Shown one piece after another: positions 19,036-29,099 of a DNA stretch of 64,000 nucleotides. Below the pieces are notes generated by a model. It was given only the letters and a program-made list of their open reading frames with translations, made no database searches and had not been told where the DNA came from. The translations under genes and the position numbers were made by a program. Location of the stretch: contig JBAXJR010000009.1 of NCBI GenBank assembly GCA_037137755.1, positions 1-64,000 on the forward strand. Direction: 5' to 3'. Within the stretch, counting starts at the first letter, position 1. Every line of letters begins with the position of its first letter. This stretch comes from Methanomicrobiales archaeon. GTDB lineage: Archaea > Halobacteriota > Methanomicrobia > Methanomicrobiales > Methanospirillaceae.

Positions 19036-19403
19036 GATTATGACAACATCCCCTTTGATTTGGCAGGTACTAGAAAATCCGGAAACACCATTAACCTGAA
19101 AATATACCAGGATATTTCAATCCGAATCCAGTAGATAATACCTCTTGAGAGACAGTATTAAATGTTCCCATTTCCCGTGAAAGTCCGCTACTGCAACGAT
19201 CCCTGCATCAAAAAATTTAGGGAGTTTAAACGATTTTTAAACAAAAGGAGGGTTTTAAGAGTTTATACGGTCATTCTATATTTCACACTGAACAGAAGAG
19301 AACGTAAAAAAAAAGTGTGCGTTTGGCCGGATACCCGTTACTCCTTGGAGAAACGCCAGGTAAATATCCGGGGTTGAAACCCTGCTCGACGTGATTTTCA
19401 CCA

Positions 19404-20273
19404 TCATGTGAACTCGATCCTTGTCCTGCTGGAAATATCAACGGTCACCTCTGCCTTCTTTGTCGTACCTCCTGCTGTGGCAGTTATACCCAAGATTACG
19501 GAAGGGCGTTTCATCTCACCGGCAAGCGCGATCTCTACCTGAAGAGGGCTGTTCCCGATCGAAGGAGTTACAGAGAGACCGCTGTCAGCAGGATTTTCAA
19601 CGGTGACAACTGCACCGGGTTCCGGCACAGGCGGGCTGTCGCCCACTTTCTTCCATACAGCCACGGTAAGGGATGCGGACTCAGCCGGCGTGACAGATAC
19701 GTGGCTGGCACTGAGCTGGAGGATATAGGTGACTGATTCCTCCTTCTTTTTCTCTTTCTTTTTCTCGTCCTTTTGCCCCACCGTTCCAGGGGTCACCGGG
19801 TCTGGATTTTTACCACCGAGTAATTTTGCACCCACAACAGCAGCTACACCAAGGGCCCCAATTGCTCCAATCACAAGGATCCACGGGGTATCTGGTTCGT
19901 CGGGGGGACGGGTCGTCGTGCCAGGCGGAGTGTATGAAGTACTCCCACCACTATCACAGCTGCAGGAAACATGTGAATAGTCATAGCCGGGAGGGGCTGA
20001 AATATAGCATGCCGGATGGCATTTTGCCGCACAATAACTTGCTTCATTACATTGCCGGCATGCCTGTGGATCCTGGGTATTTTTACAACTGTAGCAATAC
20101 CCGGCAATACTCTGGGGTATGCTGGCTGGACAGAAATCATCCTGGCCAGTCACCGGCTGTGTGAAAAAAAGCAACGGGATACCAATGCAGATAAGGATAA
20201 AAACCGGAATTATCACCTGCATTTTTTTTTGGAAATTGTTAATACCAACGTCATTTCGTTGCATGAGATTCAA
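19404..20273 (-). CDS. Type I membrane protein with 10-Cys ectodomain and YIL Ig-like C-terminal domain
   Basis: Hydrophobic signal; 10-Cys domain; TPWILVIG TM; Lys-rich linker; TYILQLS...IEFT. Exact start uncertain. Confidence 0.85.
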   Translation of the reverse strand: MNLMQRNDVGINNFQKKMQVIIPVFILICIGIPLLFFTQPVTGQDDFCPASIPQSIAGYCYSCKNTQDPQACRQCNEASYCAAKCHPACYISAPPGYDYSHVSCSCDSGGSTSYTPPGTTTRPPDEPDTPWILVIGAIGALGVAAVVGAKLLGGKNPDPVTPGTVGQKDEKKKEKKKEESVTYILQLSASHVSVTPAESASLTVAVWKKVGDSPPVPEPGAVVTVENPADSGLSVTPSIGNSPLQVEIALAGEMKRPSVILGITATAGGTTKKAEVTVDISSRTRIEFT

Positions 20274-20448
20274 TCCAGTGGACCATCCCGGTCACATTCC
20301 AAATCGTATTCCATACCAGTTGCGTGAAAATACTCAGCCAGGAAAGATTAACTTTCCGGAATTTAGTTCATGACTGAATTTGAAAAGAAAATACTGCCAT
20401 TTCCTCGCTAATTTCAATAAATAACATGGGTTTCAAGGAAGATTTCCA

Positions 20449-20661
20449 CTACATATCCCGATATTTTGCCCAGACAACCAGGCAACCTGCAATATAGAAA
20501 CCTGCACCGGAAAGGATGATCCATGCCGTGTCTCCCCCGGAGAGGTAGGCCCCAAGGAGGGCTCCAACGATGGCAAACGCACATACGGCGATGTACCGGA
20601 GTGCGCGGTAGTCAATATGGAAACTGAATCCCTGCAAAAAGCGCTGGAGCCATGGATCCAT
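20449..20661 (-). CDS. Small two-TM membrane protein
   Basis: 70 aa with two hydrophobic helices; GGGTGA RBS; co-oriented with the cluster. Confidence 0.55.
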   Translation of the reverse strand: MDPWLQRFLQGFSFHIDYRALRYIAVCAFAIVGALLGAYLSGGDTAWIILSGAGFYIAGCLVVWAKYRDM

Positions 20662-20750
20662 GTTATTTCACCCCAGGGTGGGGGCCAGCTTTTGCGACCG
20701 TTGGAGGGAGATCCGACAATGCCTGCGGGGTGTTCCAGGAGTAATGAGTA

Positions 20751-21911
20751 TCAGGTTATCCTCCCCTTAAGAACAGTCCCGAGAACCGTCATGATATGGT
20801 CTGCCGTTCCTTCCGGGAACACAATATCGTACGACTCTCCCGGCAGGACAAGACTGAGCTTATCGCCCTGTCGCTTGCCACCCGGAGTGAGCTTCACCGA
20901 TCGTATGGCAGAAAGGGGTATGAAAAAATTCACATCGTTTTCAAGGAGTGCCGAAACAGGCTTTTTCATGAGTTGCTGCCAGGGGGCATCCGGCAGCCCG
21001 GCAAGTTCCCCCTCCTTCCATTTTCTTCCGGCTTTATTTGCTTCCTTCTCCCGGGCCTCTATCCACGCGGTCATTTCATCCGCAATATCATCCTCTACCA
21101 TGCAGAACAGGACTCTCTGATCAGTCACCACAACAATCCATGTGTACTGGAAGCCGAAACCCTTGACTTGCGGCTCGCTTGCCGAAGGGAGAAACCCTAC
21201 AATATTCTCTGCGGTTCCCGGGCCAGGGGAGAGGAATGATAAAAGGACGCGGCGGGCAAGAAAATAGATCCCATAATCAAAAAATATTCTCGTGACACCG
21301 GCAGATGAACCGATAAGGACCTGGTCGGTGCGGGTTGACGGGTCACTTTCACCCCGGATGTAGGAAATTGATTCCCGGTGTATTGCCTTGTTCCTTCCGT
21401 CTTCTGCAAGTACCGCCCCCGGTGCCGTGGAAAGATATCGTTCCCATGGACGGGTCGCGATGGTTATACTCCGGAGCATTTTCTGCTCCTGCACCGTATC
21501 CGCTGTGCAGAAATCAACCGGGCTCCATGAAAGCCTTAAAAGGGAAAATCCAGCACCGGATGCTACCTGCCAGAGATTCCTTCCTTCCAGGTGTCTTTCC
21601 ATGAGCGTGGCCTCTACATCGGTTACGGCCTGGTCGTACTCGTTTTCCGAGGCCTTGCTAACATAGGCGATAATGACCTGGTCAGGGTACACAATGAGCG
21701 TGCACCAGTCGGTCGAGAAGATCCCACGTTGCTGGTATGCAAACGGGATTACTGCCAGGGGAATTTCGGGTGACCCCTGCACAGCAGGTGGTGCTGCTGC
21801 CTGAACCTGATTATTCATCGACACGATAGGTGAGCCACATTCCTCACAAAATTTTATACCCGGATTCAGGGGTTTTCCACACTCCTCACAGAACCTTTGC
21901 TCCGCCGTCAT
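20751..21911 (-). CDS. Zinc-ribbon protein with two tandem PH-like domains
   Basis: N-terminal FCEECG..FCEECG and two internally similar halves. Confidence 0.8.
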   Translation of the reverse strand: MTAEQRFCEECGKPLNPGIKFCEECGSPIVSMNNQVQAAAPPAVQGSPEIPLAVIPFAYQQRGIFSTDWCTLIVYPDQVIIAYVSKASENEYDQAVTDVEATLMERHLEGRNLWQVASGAGFSLLRLSWSPVDFCTADTVQEQKMLRSITIATRPWERYLSTAPGAVLAEDGRNKAIHRESISYIRGESDPSTRTDQVLIGSSAGVTRIFFDYGIYFLARRVLLSFLSPGPGTAENIVGFLPSASEPQVKGFGFQYTWIVVVTDQRVLFCMVEDDIADEMTAWIEAREKEANKAGRKWKEGELAGLPDAPWQQLMKKPVSALLENDVNFFIPLSAIRSVKLTPGGKRQGDKLSLVLPGESYDIVFPEGTADHIMTVLGTVLKGRIT

Positions 21912-22150
21912 AGGGATACATCTCCATGAGGCAGTTTTAGGAAAGCCCTATACTTATATGCTGGTCTTCCTCTTCCATCGGGAATTTTATCATAAGGAAG
22001 AGAGGCTCTTTTTTCTCTATGATCGGGCAGCTCCACCTCGCCATCGTCCCTGCTCTCCAGAATCTCTCATGTATGCAGACTGAAACCCGGGGAGTCTTGT
22101 TCCGAAACGCTAATATCATATCCTGACAGGAGATCAAATCAGGGATTTCT

Positions 22151-22624
22151 ATGGCTTTTTGTGAAAATTGTGGTGCAAGTGTTAAAACAGGTGACCAGTT
22201 CTGTGAAAACTGCGGATCAGCTATGGGATCATCATCAATGGAATCAAAACCCTTATCAACGGCACAGGCAGTTCCTGCAGCTTCCAGTACTAGCCAAGGT
22301 GAGAAGAACCCGGCCATCGCCGCTGTCGCCTCATTGCTTTTCAGCGGGCTTGGGCAGGTGTATAACGGGAGTTTCGGGAAGGGTCTTCTCATATTCTTCG
22401 GAACCCTGATTGGTTCCATGATCTTCCTGATCCCCGGACTCTTTGTCCTCATATATGGTATCTACGATGCATACACGACTGCAAAAAAGATGAACGAGGG
22501 GCAGGTACCATTCGTTCCGTACCAGATGACGCATATCATTGCATTCATCGTGATTGGGTTTGTCGTTGTGATTATCTACTTCCTGGTCCTCGCGGGCCTT
22601 GCAATGGCAATGAGTGGATTATAA
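22151..22624 (+). CDS. Zinc-ribbon membrane protein (TM2-like)
   Basis: FCENCG..FCENCG plus KNPAIAAVAS...GLGQVYNG..GKG...IYDAY. Confidence 0.88.
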   Translation: MAFCENCGASVKTGDQFCENCGSAMGSSSMESKPLSTAQAVPAASSTSQGEKNPAIAAVASLLFSGLGQVYNGSFGKGLLIFFGTLIGSMIFLIPGLFVLIYGIYDAYTTAKKMNEGQVPFVPYQMTHIIAFIVIGFVVVIIYFLVLAGLAMAMSGL

Positions 22625-22757
22625 GACCCACTCAAAACCCCCGGTTCACCGATTTTTCCTCCTCCTGCCATGTAGCAGGTGAATACCGTACGGGTTCAAA
22701 GGTCATTTCAGAGAATTTTATTACTACCCGGGTTCAACCCCGATAGTGATTAGTTCC

Positions 22758-23183
22758 ATGTCAGAATTACCAGTTGAAGTCTCGGGCCGTGCCATGATTC
22801 TTGACCAGAGAGGTCGTGTCCTCATTCTGAAGCGGTCTGAAAACTCCGGCAGTAACCCAGGTAAATGGGAATTGCCGGGGGGCAAACCAAACAAGGGAGA
22901 GTCATTTGAAGAAAGTTTCAGGCGTGAAGTACTCGAAGAAACGGGATTTTTAATAACAATCCACCAGTCTGCGGGGACGACAGACCAGCTGGTATCCGGG
23001 TACCATGTCATACACGTGGTAGTGATTGCCTCGATCCAGTCAGGTGGCCTTTCAATAAGTAACGAGCATTCCGAGTACCGGTGGGCCGAAATAAATGAAC
23101 TCGGGGTCCTTGACAAGGCAGACTGGTTTTCCATGTATTACCAGTCCTATCTCTGCGGCCCCGACCAGAAACCAGGCCCATAA
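22758..23183 (+). CDS. NUDIX hydrolase
   Basis: Nudix box GGKPNKGESFEESFRREVLEETG. Confidence 0.92.
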   Translation: MSELPVEVSGRAMILDQRGRVLILKRSENSGSNPGKWELPGGKPNKGESFEESFRREVLEETGFLITIHQSAGTTDQLVSGYHVIHVVVIASIQSGGLSISNEHSEYRWAEINELGVLDKADWFSMYYQSYLCGPDQKPGP

Positions 23184-23235
23184 CCCGCGATACCTGGCAT
23201 GGGTCATAGCAGGCCGGGGTTCATCGCAGTTACCG

Positions 23236-23784
23236 CTAGGAAGAGACCCTGATCCACTCATCCGTAGTCATTACGCGGGAGAACCGCATCTGCTGGGTTA
23301 CCAGAATAGCACGGTGGAGATCTGCATCGCTGATCGTCCCTGCGGTATTGGTCACAGACAGAGTACCAGTGGCATCCGAAAGGAAGTTCACGGTATATCC
23401 GCGGTGGAACGCCTGCCGTGCGGTCGTGTCGCAGCACATCTGGGTCATGTAGCCGGCAATGGTCACGGTCGTTACATTTTGATCCTTCAGCCACTGCTCA
23501 AGGCCGGTCCCGGTGAAGCTCCCGGGCAGGGTTTTTTCGACCAGGATATCATATGGGCGGGACTTGATTTCGTCGTGGAGTTCCCATTCGTGAGTCCCTT
23601 TCCGGAATGTGGCATCCTCAGGTGCGGGGCTTGTATGCTGGATCACGGCGACCGGCACAAGGGATGTGTGCGCCAGGTCCATGGCTCTTGCAATATTCAC
23701 TAAACTTCCCTCCGGGTACGTCACCGGGAGTTTTCCGGTGAAGTACTCGTTCTGGACGTCAATGACCAGTAATGCCTGTTTCAT
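23236..23784 (-). CDS. Cysteine hydrolase / isochorismatase family
   Basis: [12 protein letters not shown]...EKT.PGSF...[13 protein letters not shown]. Confidence 0.92.
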   Translation of the reverse strand: MKQALLVIDVQNEYFTGKLPVTYPEGSLVNIARAMDLAHTSLVPVAVIQHTSPAPEDATFRKGTHEWELHDEIKSRPYDILVEKTLPGSFTGTGLEQWLKDQNVTTVTIAGYMTQMCCDTTARQAFHRGYTVNFLSDATGTLSVTNTAGTISDADLHRAILVTQQMRFSRVMTTDEWIRVSS

Positions 23785-23996
23785 GTATGGCCCCTCATTA
23801 TTCCCTTGCATAATACTACCCAATGGATTTTCCCCACACATAACAGGCGTGTTTGTAGGGTGGAACGAGCACTCCGTATGCCGGACAGCTATACTCCTGA
23901 CCCCCTTCGGACATACCAAAACGCGAGGTCAGGTAACCCCCTGGACGAGTCTTTTATCAGGGCGGGCATTTAATCTCCCAGAAAGAGTACCCTGCC

Positions 23997-24512
23997 ATGC
24001 ACGAGGTCTGTCCACACTGTGGAAAGGTATCAAACGAGGATTCTCCGCGGTTCTGCAGCGGATGCGGTGCCAGGATGGACGGAAACACCCCCGCCGGGTA
24101 TCCGGTATATCCTGCCCCGTCCCGGCCGCAGAAAAACCAGACGACCGCTGGGTTCTGCTCAACATGTCTTCCCGGTCTCGGGCAGGTATACAATGGCGAA
24201 ACAGGAAAAGGGTTTGCCATCTTTCTTTTTACCATTATTGGACTAGTCATTTTCATAGTCCCCGGCCTTATCATCTGGCTCTATGCAATGTACGATGCGT
24301 ATAACGTTTCAGGAAAGATGAACACCGGGGAGGTCCCGTTCCGTGAGACCCGGATACTCCATATGATCCTGTTTATTGTGCTTGCCATGATTGTGATCGT
24401 TATCGCGCTCGTAATAATCATCGCGATGGTGATGGCGGCCCTTATGGACCAGCTTCGCCCGCTGGGCATCACTGATATCAACCAGATTTTTGATACCGGC
24501 GGATTGTTCTGA
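23997..24512 (+). CDS. Zinc-ribbon membrane protein, paralog of 22151-22624
   Basis: CPHCG..FCSGCG plus PGLGQVYNGETGKG...MYDAY...KMN.GEVPF. Confidence 0.88.
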   Translation: MHEVCPHCGKVSNEDSPRFCSGCGARMDGNTPAGYPVYPAPSRPQKNQTTAGFCSTCLPGLGQVYNGETGKGFAIFLFTIIGLVIFIVPGLIIWLYAMYDAYNVSGKMNTGEVPFRETRILHMILFIVLAMIVIVIALVIIIAMVMAALMDQLRPLGITDINQIFDTGGLF

Positions 24513-24609
24513 ATAATCCACAAGAGATTGCCGGACCAGTCCGGGAATGATTACGTAACATTTTTCCATTCATCACAAGCGATATCAGGCTTGGGCCGAT
24601 CATGTTCCT

Positions 24610-26025
24610 ATGCATCTCCCGGACAAAAAATGGCTGTTCATCATCGGATTGATAATTATTGTCAGCCTTGTTTTGTTGTGCGGCTTTATATTGCCAAAAG
24701 GGGGATCGGTCTCTAACCTCTACATTATTCCTGCTGGCGTTTTTAATCCGGCCTCATTGCGACCATCACCGCATCCGGCTCCCATACCAGTGAATACGAC
24801 ACCCGCCGGGACAGTAACAACGGTGACACCCCCGGCTGCCAAGCCTGTCCTGGAACCGACAGCCATGGTACCGGTGACGGCAGGAACCATGCCGGTTATC
24901 ACGCCGGTCAACAGGTCCACCCTGAATGTATTGCGTGGAGAACCGTTCACTATCAACGGGACGGTGGACAACTCATCAATTACGAAAGTGCAGGTCTGGC
25001 TGCTGGATGGCACTATCTCAACCAAACTTATCACCGTCATGCCGGACGGAACATTCCACATAACCCTGAATTCCCATGAGACTGACGCACTGTCCCGGAA
25101 TTTTTCCCCGGCAGTCCTCGTGCAGTACTCCCTGAATCCTTATCAGTTTTCGGTCAGTTGGGACAACAAAAGCCATGAAGCGGTCGAGACGGAAAGCGGG
25201 CGGACAACACCAGCCCTGGCTCATATAAATGATCCCGGAATGTATCCAACCACCCAGGTGGACTATCTCGGACAGGGAATAACTGCAGCCGGCGATTCCG
25301 CTGTAATATATTTCCTCAACGGGGTAGACGGCTGGATCACTATCGATCCCGTCAGTCCTCTCCAGCAGGGGACGCTGCTCATCCGTGGTAACACGAGTCT
25401 GTCGGTAGGGACACCACTTTCGATCTCGGTAGGAACGGTGAATATGCATCCGACACCAAAAAATTATGACTGGTCGCATGAGATAGCCGACGAGGGTACT
25501 ACCCTCGTGGATCACGGTCCCTTTGGTGTCAACCGGTACTCCGTTATCATCGATACATCCCACCTCAATACAGGCAAATACCTGGTCAGTGTGGAATCAC
25601 ACGATGAAAATCTCCAGGCAAATGCCAATAGTATTGTCGAACTGGTCGCGAAAATTCCCGCCAACCAGGCACAAGGGAATTACATCGACTGGTCCCGCAT
25701 TACATTGCCGGATCTTGTGGTGAATGAAACGCTCACCCCGGTCATGCTGGAGGGGGAATTGCGAATTGTTCCACCCGGTACAGGGGTAACCAATAACGAA
25801 GTACCATACGGTTCAGTCATCGACTGTACCCCGAATGGGATCTGCAGGATCTTTAACCAGACCGGTGTCCAGACCCTCGCAGTTTACAATTCAAACGAAG
25901 CCCGCATCATGGAGGTGCCGAACGGTGCAATGATAGATTCCGGAACGGTTGGAAATGTCACCTTCATCAGGTTAAACGGCGACATAGTCCTGACAAAAAT
26001 CGACGAATATCCACGGGTGTCCTGA
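24610..26025 (+). CDS. Secreted/membrane-anchored beta-rich hypothetical protein
   Basis: 471-aa ORF with N-terminal hydrophobic helix, Pro/Thr linker and many NxS/T sequons. Confidence 0.75.
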   Translation: MHLPDKKWLFIIGLIIIVSLVLLCGFILPKGGSVSNLYIIPAGVFNPASLRPSPHPAPIPVNTTPAGTVTTVTPPAAKPVLEPTAMVPVTAGTMPVITPVNRSTLNVLRGEPFTINGTVDNSSITKVQVWLLDGTISTKLITVMPDGTFHITLNSHETDALSRNFSPAVLVQYSLNPYQFSVSWDNKSHEAVETESGRTTPALAHINDPGMYPTTQVDYLGQGITAAGDSAVIYFLNGVDGWITIDPVSPLQQGTLLIRGNTSLSVGTPLSISVGTVNMHPTPKNYDWSHEIADEGTTLVDHGPFGVNRYSVIIDTSHLNTGKYLVSVESHDENLQANANSIVELVAKIPANQAQGNYIDWSRITLPDLVVNETLTPVMLEGELRIVPPGTGVTNNEVPYGSVIDCTPNGICRIFNQTGVQTLAVYNSNEARIMEVPNGAMIDSGTVGNVTFIRLNGDIVLTKIDEYPRVS

Positions 26026-26100
26026 AAACAGGTTTGGAAGGGATGAGGGGAATTGGCAACTCCAGCCATTTTTTTATGGTGGAACGGAACATGAGTACTA

Positions 26101-26493
26101 ATGGACGAGAACGATATCACGGAGATGTTTGAACAGGGTGCAGTCCTTTTTCCCGATTTCGAAACAATTGCGGCTGAAATACCATGGAGCCGGCATTCGA
26201 AATGGGATGGTGTCTTCTTAAAAGACCTCGTGACCGGAAAAGAGACCGATGGCAAACTCAGTTACCACCTGGTGAAAATTCTAAAAGACTGTGAGGTCGG
26301 GGACCATGATCATGCGACCATGTGGGAGTGGAACCTGATCATCCGCGGGAACGGGATTTTTGTCCTCGGGGACAAGGAGGTAACCATAGACCCGGGCCAG
26401 ACCTTTGTGACACCGCCGGGAATCCATCATATCGTGAGTGCGGGTGATGATGACCTCGTGCTGCTGGCAGTTTTCACTCCGGCGCTGGTCTGA
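26101..26493 (+). CDS. Cupin domain protein
   Basis: HDH....E...G.G...PPG..H cupin motifs. Confidence 0.88.
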   Translation: MDENDITEMFEQGAVLFPDFETIAAEIPWSRHSKWDGVFLKDLVTGKETDGKLSYHLVKILKDCEVGDHDHATMWEWNLIIRGNGIFVLGDKEVTIDPGQTFVTPPGIHHIVSAGDDDLVLLAVFTPALV

Positions 26494-26709
26494 ACAGGTT
26501 CTGAAATTAGAGCCATCGCTTCTTTTTTGTTCCAATCGTGAAATGATAAAACCAGACGTAACAATTTTGCCTCTTCGCTGTTTCGTGTGGGTAAATAACC
26601 TGAACTTAAGATATCTACAAATAAAATCGAAAGGCAATAATGCATTAGAATTGAAAAATAGCCTTCAATATTGGAAATAATATGAATAATAGCATCAACA
26701 CGCACTGAA

Positions 26710-26830
26710 CCGCCGCCGGGGCGTCCTTCGGGGGCGGCGGAACTCTCCTAATCGGGGTTTGGGGCGGAGCCCCATCAATTCATTTTTATATCACCCTCAT
26801 AATTACCCACTCAATTTAACGAAGAGCCAC
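26710..26830. repeat. Palindromic intergenic REP/MITE-like sequence
   Basis: CCGCCGCC...GGCGGCGG hairpin (26710-26740) and GGGGTTTGGGGCGGAGCCCC within AT-rich non-coding DNA. Confidence 0.45.
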
Positions 26831-27098
26831 AATTTTTGAGTTCCACCCGACAATTTATCGTATTGGACGCTTATTGCAGATTATGGCCACGAAACGCGTT
26901 CATAACCCAAAAACCCATGTTGACATGCATATTGCGGAACGGGACTCAAAAAATTATACCAAAGGGCAATTTACCGGGCGATATAAAAATAAACCTACCA
27001 AAAAGATCGCATAGCCCGGATTAAAAAAAAAAACTGCGTCCCTTCTTGGGGTCATGCAATTGCTAATTCCAATAGTTAGTCACGTTCCCGCGGCTCAT

Positions 27099-27240
27099 GC
27101 CCCGCTGCTGTGGCGACCCCGGGTAGAATAGGGAATAATCTCCCTATCTCTGAAATTTTCTTGGATGTCCCAATTAAACTCTCGCTCAATGACTATCTTA
27201 TTGGGGAGGCAGGGGGGGTGAAAGCCCTCCTGTCTACGCA
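27099..27240 (+). repeat. Dispersed intergenic repeat, copy 1 (copy 2 at 34643-34779)
   Basis: GCCCCGCTGCTGTGGCGACCCCGG vs GCCCCGCCACTGTGGCTACCCCGG (21/24), with a similar terminal GGCAGGGG...CCTGT hairpin at matching spacing. Confidence 0.65.
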
Positions 27241-27384
27241 TCTCCTTTTAAAAAAAACATATGCGGGGTTTCAAAAAACCCTTACTAATGCCTCATCCGA
27301 TGTGGCATATCTTTTATTCTTCAAATATAAGAAACTTCATCCCAGTATTTTTGTTCGGGACATTGACACGTAAGGAGTGCAATA

Positions 27385-27978
27385 ATGCTGTATGAAGTGC
27401 CTCGGGATAGGATTGATGAAGCCGCCGATGCAACAGCGGAGGCATTTATCGGTGCCTGCTGCCCTATCGGGACTTTTATGTTCCGGAACGAACCTGATCA
27501 TCTCGCCCTAAGGAGGAGGTTCTACCGGTCCCTCGTGACCTCCTGCCCCCCAAAGGCGGTAATCCAGGGGATATCCCCGGATCTCGAGGCGGTCAGCATC
27601 TGGTTTCCGCCTGGCATGGACCACACGGAGGACATAGACGAGGACCCTTTTAGTCCAGAAGATTTTGCGGACTCTGGGACGAGGACACGGATGCAGGCAG
27701 TAAACGACGTTATCGATGCGCTGACCGGGCACCTCGGTGAGGAGCCTCAGTGGTACCTCCACCTGGTGGCCGTCCGCCCGCATTTCGCCGGCCGTAGCTA
27801 CGCCTCGCTCCTGGTCAGGCCCATGCTGGCCAAGGCTGGGAGTGAGGGGATTCCCTGCACCCTGATCACCCAGACGATGGAGAATGTCCGCAAGTACGAG
27901 CACTGGGGTTTTCGGGTGGTGAAAGAGATGGCTGTGCCGGGATCGAGAGAGAAGTTCTGCTCTATGCGAAAGGACTAA
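27385..27978 (+). CDS. GNAT family N-acetyltransferase
   Basis: WYLHLVAVRPHFAGRSYASLL...NVRKYEHWGF. Confidence 0.88.
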   Translation: MLYEVPRDRIDEAADATAEAFIGACCPIGTFMFRNEPDHLALRRRFYRSLVTSCPPKAVIQGISPDLEAVSIWFPPGMDHTEDIDEDPFSPEDFADSGTRTRMQAVNDVIDALTGHLGEEPQWYLHLVAVRPHFAGRSYASLLVRPMLAKAGSEGIPCTLITQTMENVRKYEHWGFRVVKEMAVPGSREKFCSMRKD

Positions 27979-28194
27979 CCAGGAATAAGGCAGTTTGCTG
28001 CGTTTTTCCAGGTCAATGTGACCGGGGCTTACCGGTAAAGCAGGTAAAAACTAACAGGATGATGATAACAATCATCAGTCGCATGGGTAGTATCCGGGTT
28101 TATGATCCATTACCTCTAATAATACAATTGTTCACAGACCCTTTGTTACTGAGTACCGGTGTTATCTTCAAAATCCCCCCATATAAAATAGATA

Positions 28195-28755
28195 TTATTT
28201 TTTCTGGTACTTCTTCCCGGCCGAGAACGCCTTTTCGACCTGGTTCCCGACGCCAAAATAGGTCATCTGCGCATATACAATAGGGTTGATCTTTTCGATA
28301 TCGGGTTTTCCGTCCGTCAGGCATGACCTGTCGGCATGGATCTCCATGACCTCGCCGATATACAGCAGGTGGCTCCCGCAATCAACAGACTTGAACAACT
28401 TGCATTCAATGTTCACCGGGCACTCTTCTGCCATTGGGGCGGTCTTCAGTTTCCCGTAAAACGACCGGAAGACCCCGGATTTGTCCTCATTCGCACCGGA
28501 GACCAGCCCGCAGTGATCCGTCTCAATTACCAGGTTTTCGGACGGGACGTTCAGGCTGAAGGTCTTGTTTTCATCGATCCCCTTCGCGGTATTCCGTACC
28601 TTGTTGATCGCAACGCAGACCATCGGTGGCGCCATGCAGGCGACCGTGGCCCATGCAGCAGTCATGTAGTTCGGCTTACCCTTTACGTCTGCACCCACAA
28701 GGACGGTGGGCATGACACTCATGTACGGCATCGGGCCGAGCGTGATCTTTTCCAT
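28195..28755 (-). CDS. Flavin reductase family protein (flavoredoxin-like)
   Basis: MPTVLVGA...GKPNYMT.AW...FSLNVP...CGLVSG...DK...AP..EECPVNIEC. Confidence 0.9.
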   Translation of the reverse strand: MEKITLGPMPYMSVMPTVLVGADVKGKPNYMTAAWATVACMAPPMVCVAINKVRNTAKGIDENKTFSLNVPSENLVIETDHCGLVSGANEDKSGVFRSFYGKLKTAPMAEECPVNIECKLFKSVDCGSHLLYIGEVMEIHADRSCLTDGKPDIEKINPIVYAQMTYFGVGNQVEKAFSAGKKYQKK

Positions 28756-29099
28756 CGTGTTCACTTCGGAGTATGATAGGTGGAAAGGGTGTTTAATGGT
28801 ATCTTCGCAGAGGTCAGGGGGTTTGCATGCCAGCCATGCAGTGATGAAATGTACCTGGGCTCCTCCAATGAACGGTCCCCTGCTCAGATTACCCTGATGT
28901 ATCAGAGTCCGGACAATCTGCACTCACCAGTACCGTTTGCCCCTGATAAACCCACCAACTCCTTTCTTTTTGATTATCGCGGGATTATTCAGGTGATCAG
29001 TACTATGCACCGTGCGACAGGTAAAAAAAATTCCATCCGTCTTTCATCAGATAATTTACCCTCTTGAAATCCAAAGAACGACCCACCGGTCCTGTTTCA

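Noticed and set aside
20222-20230. 9-nt homopolymer near the start of the Cys-rich membrane gene as a phase-variation switch
   Set aside because: The frame is intact, an ATG follows immediately, and similar runs are common in this window.
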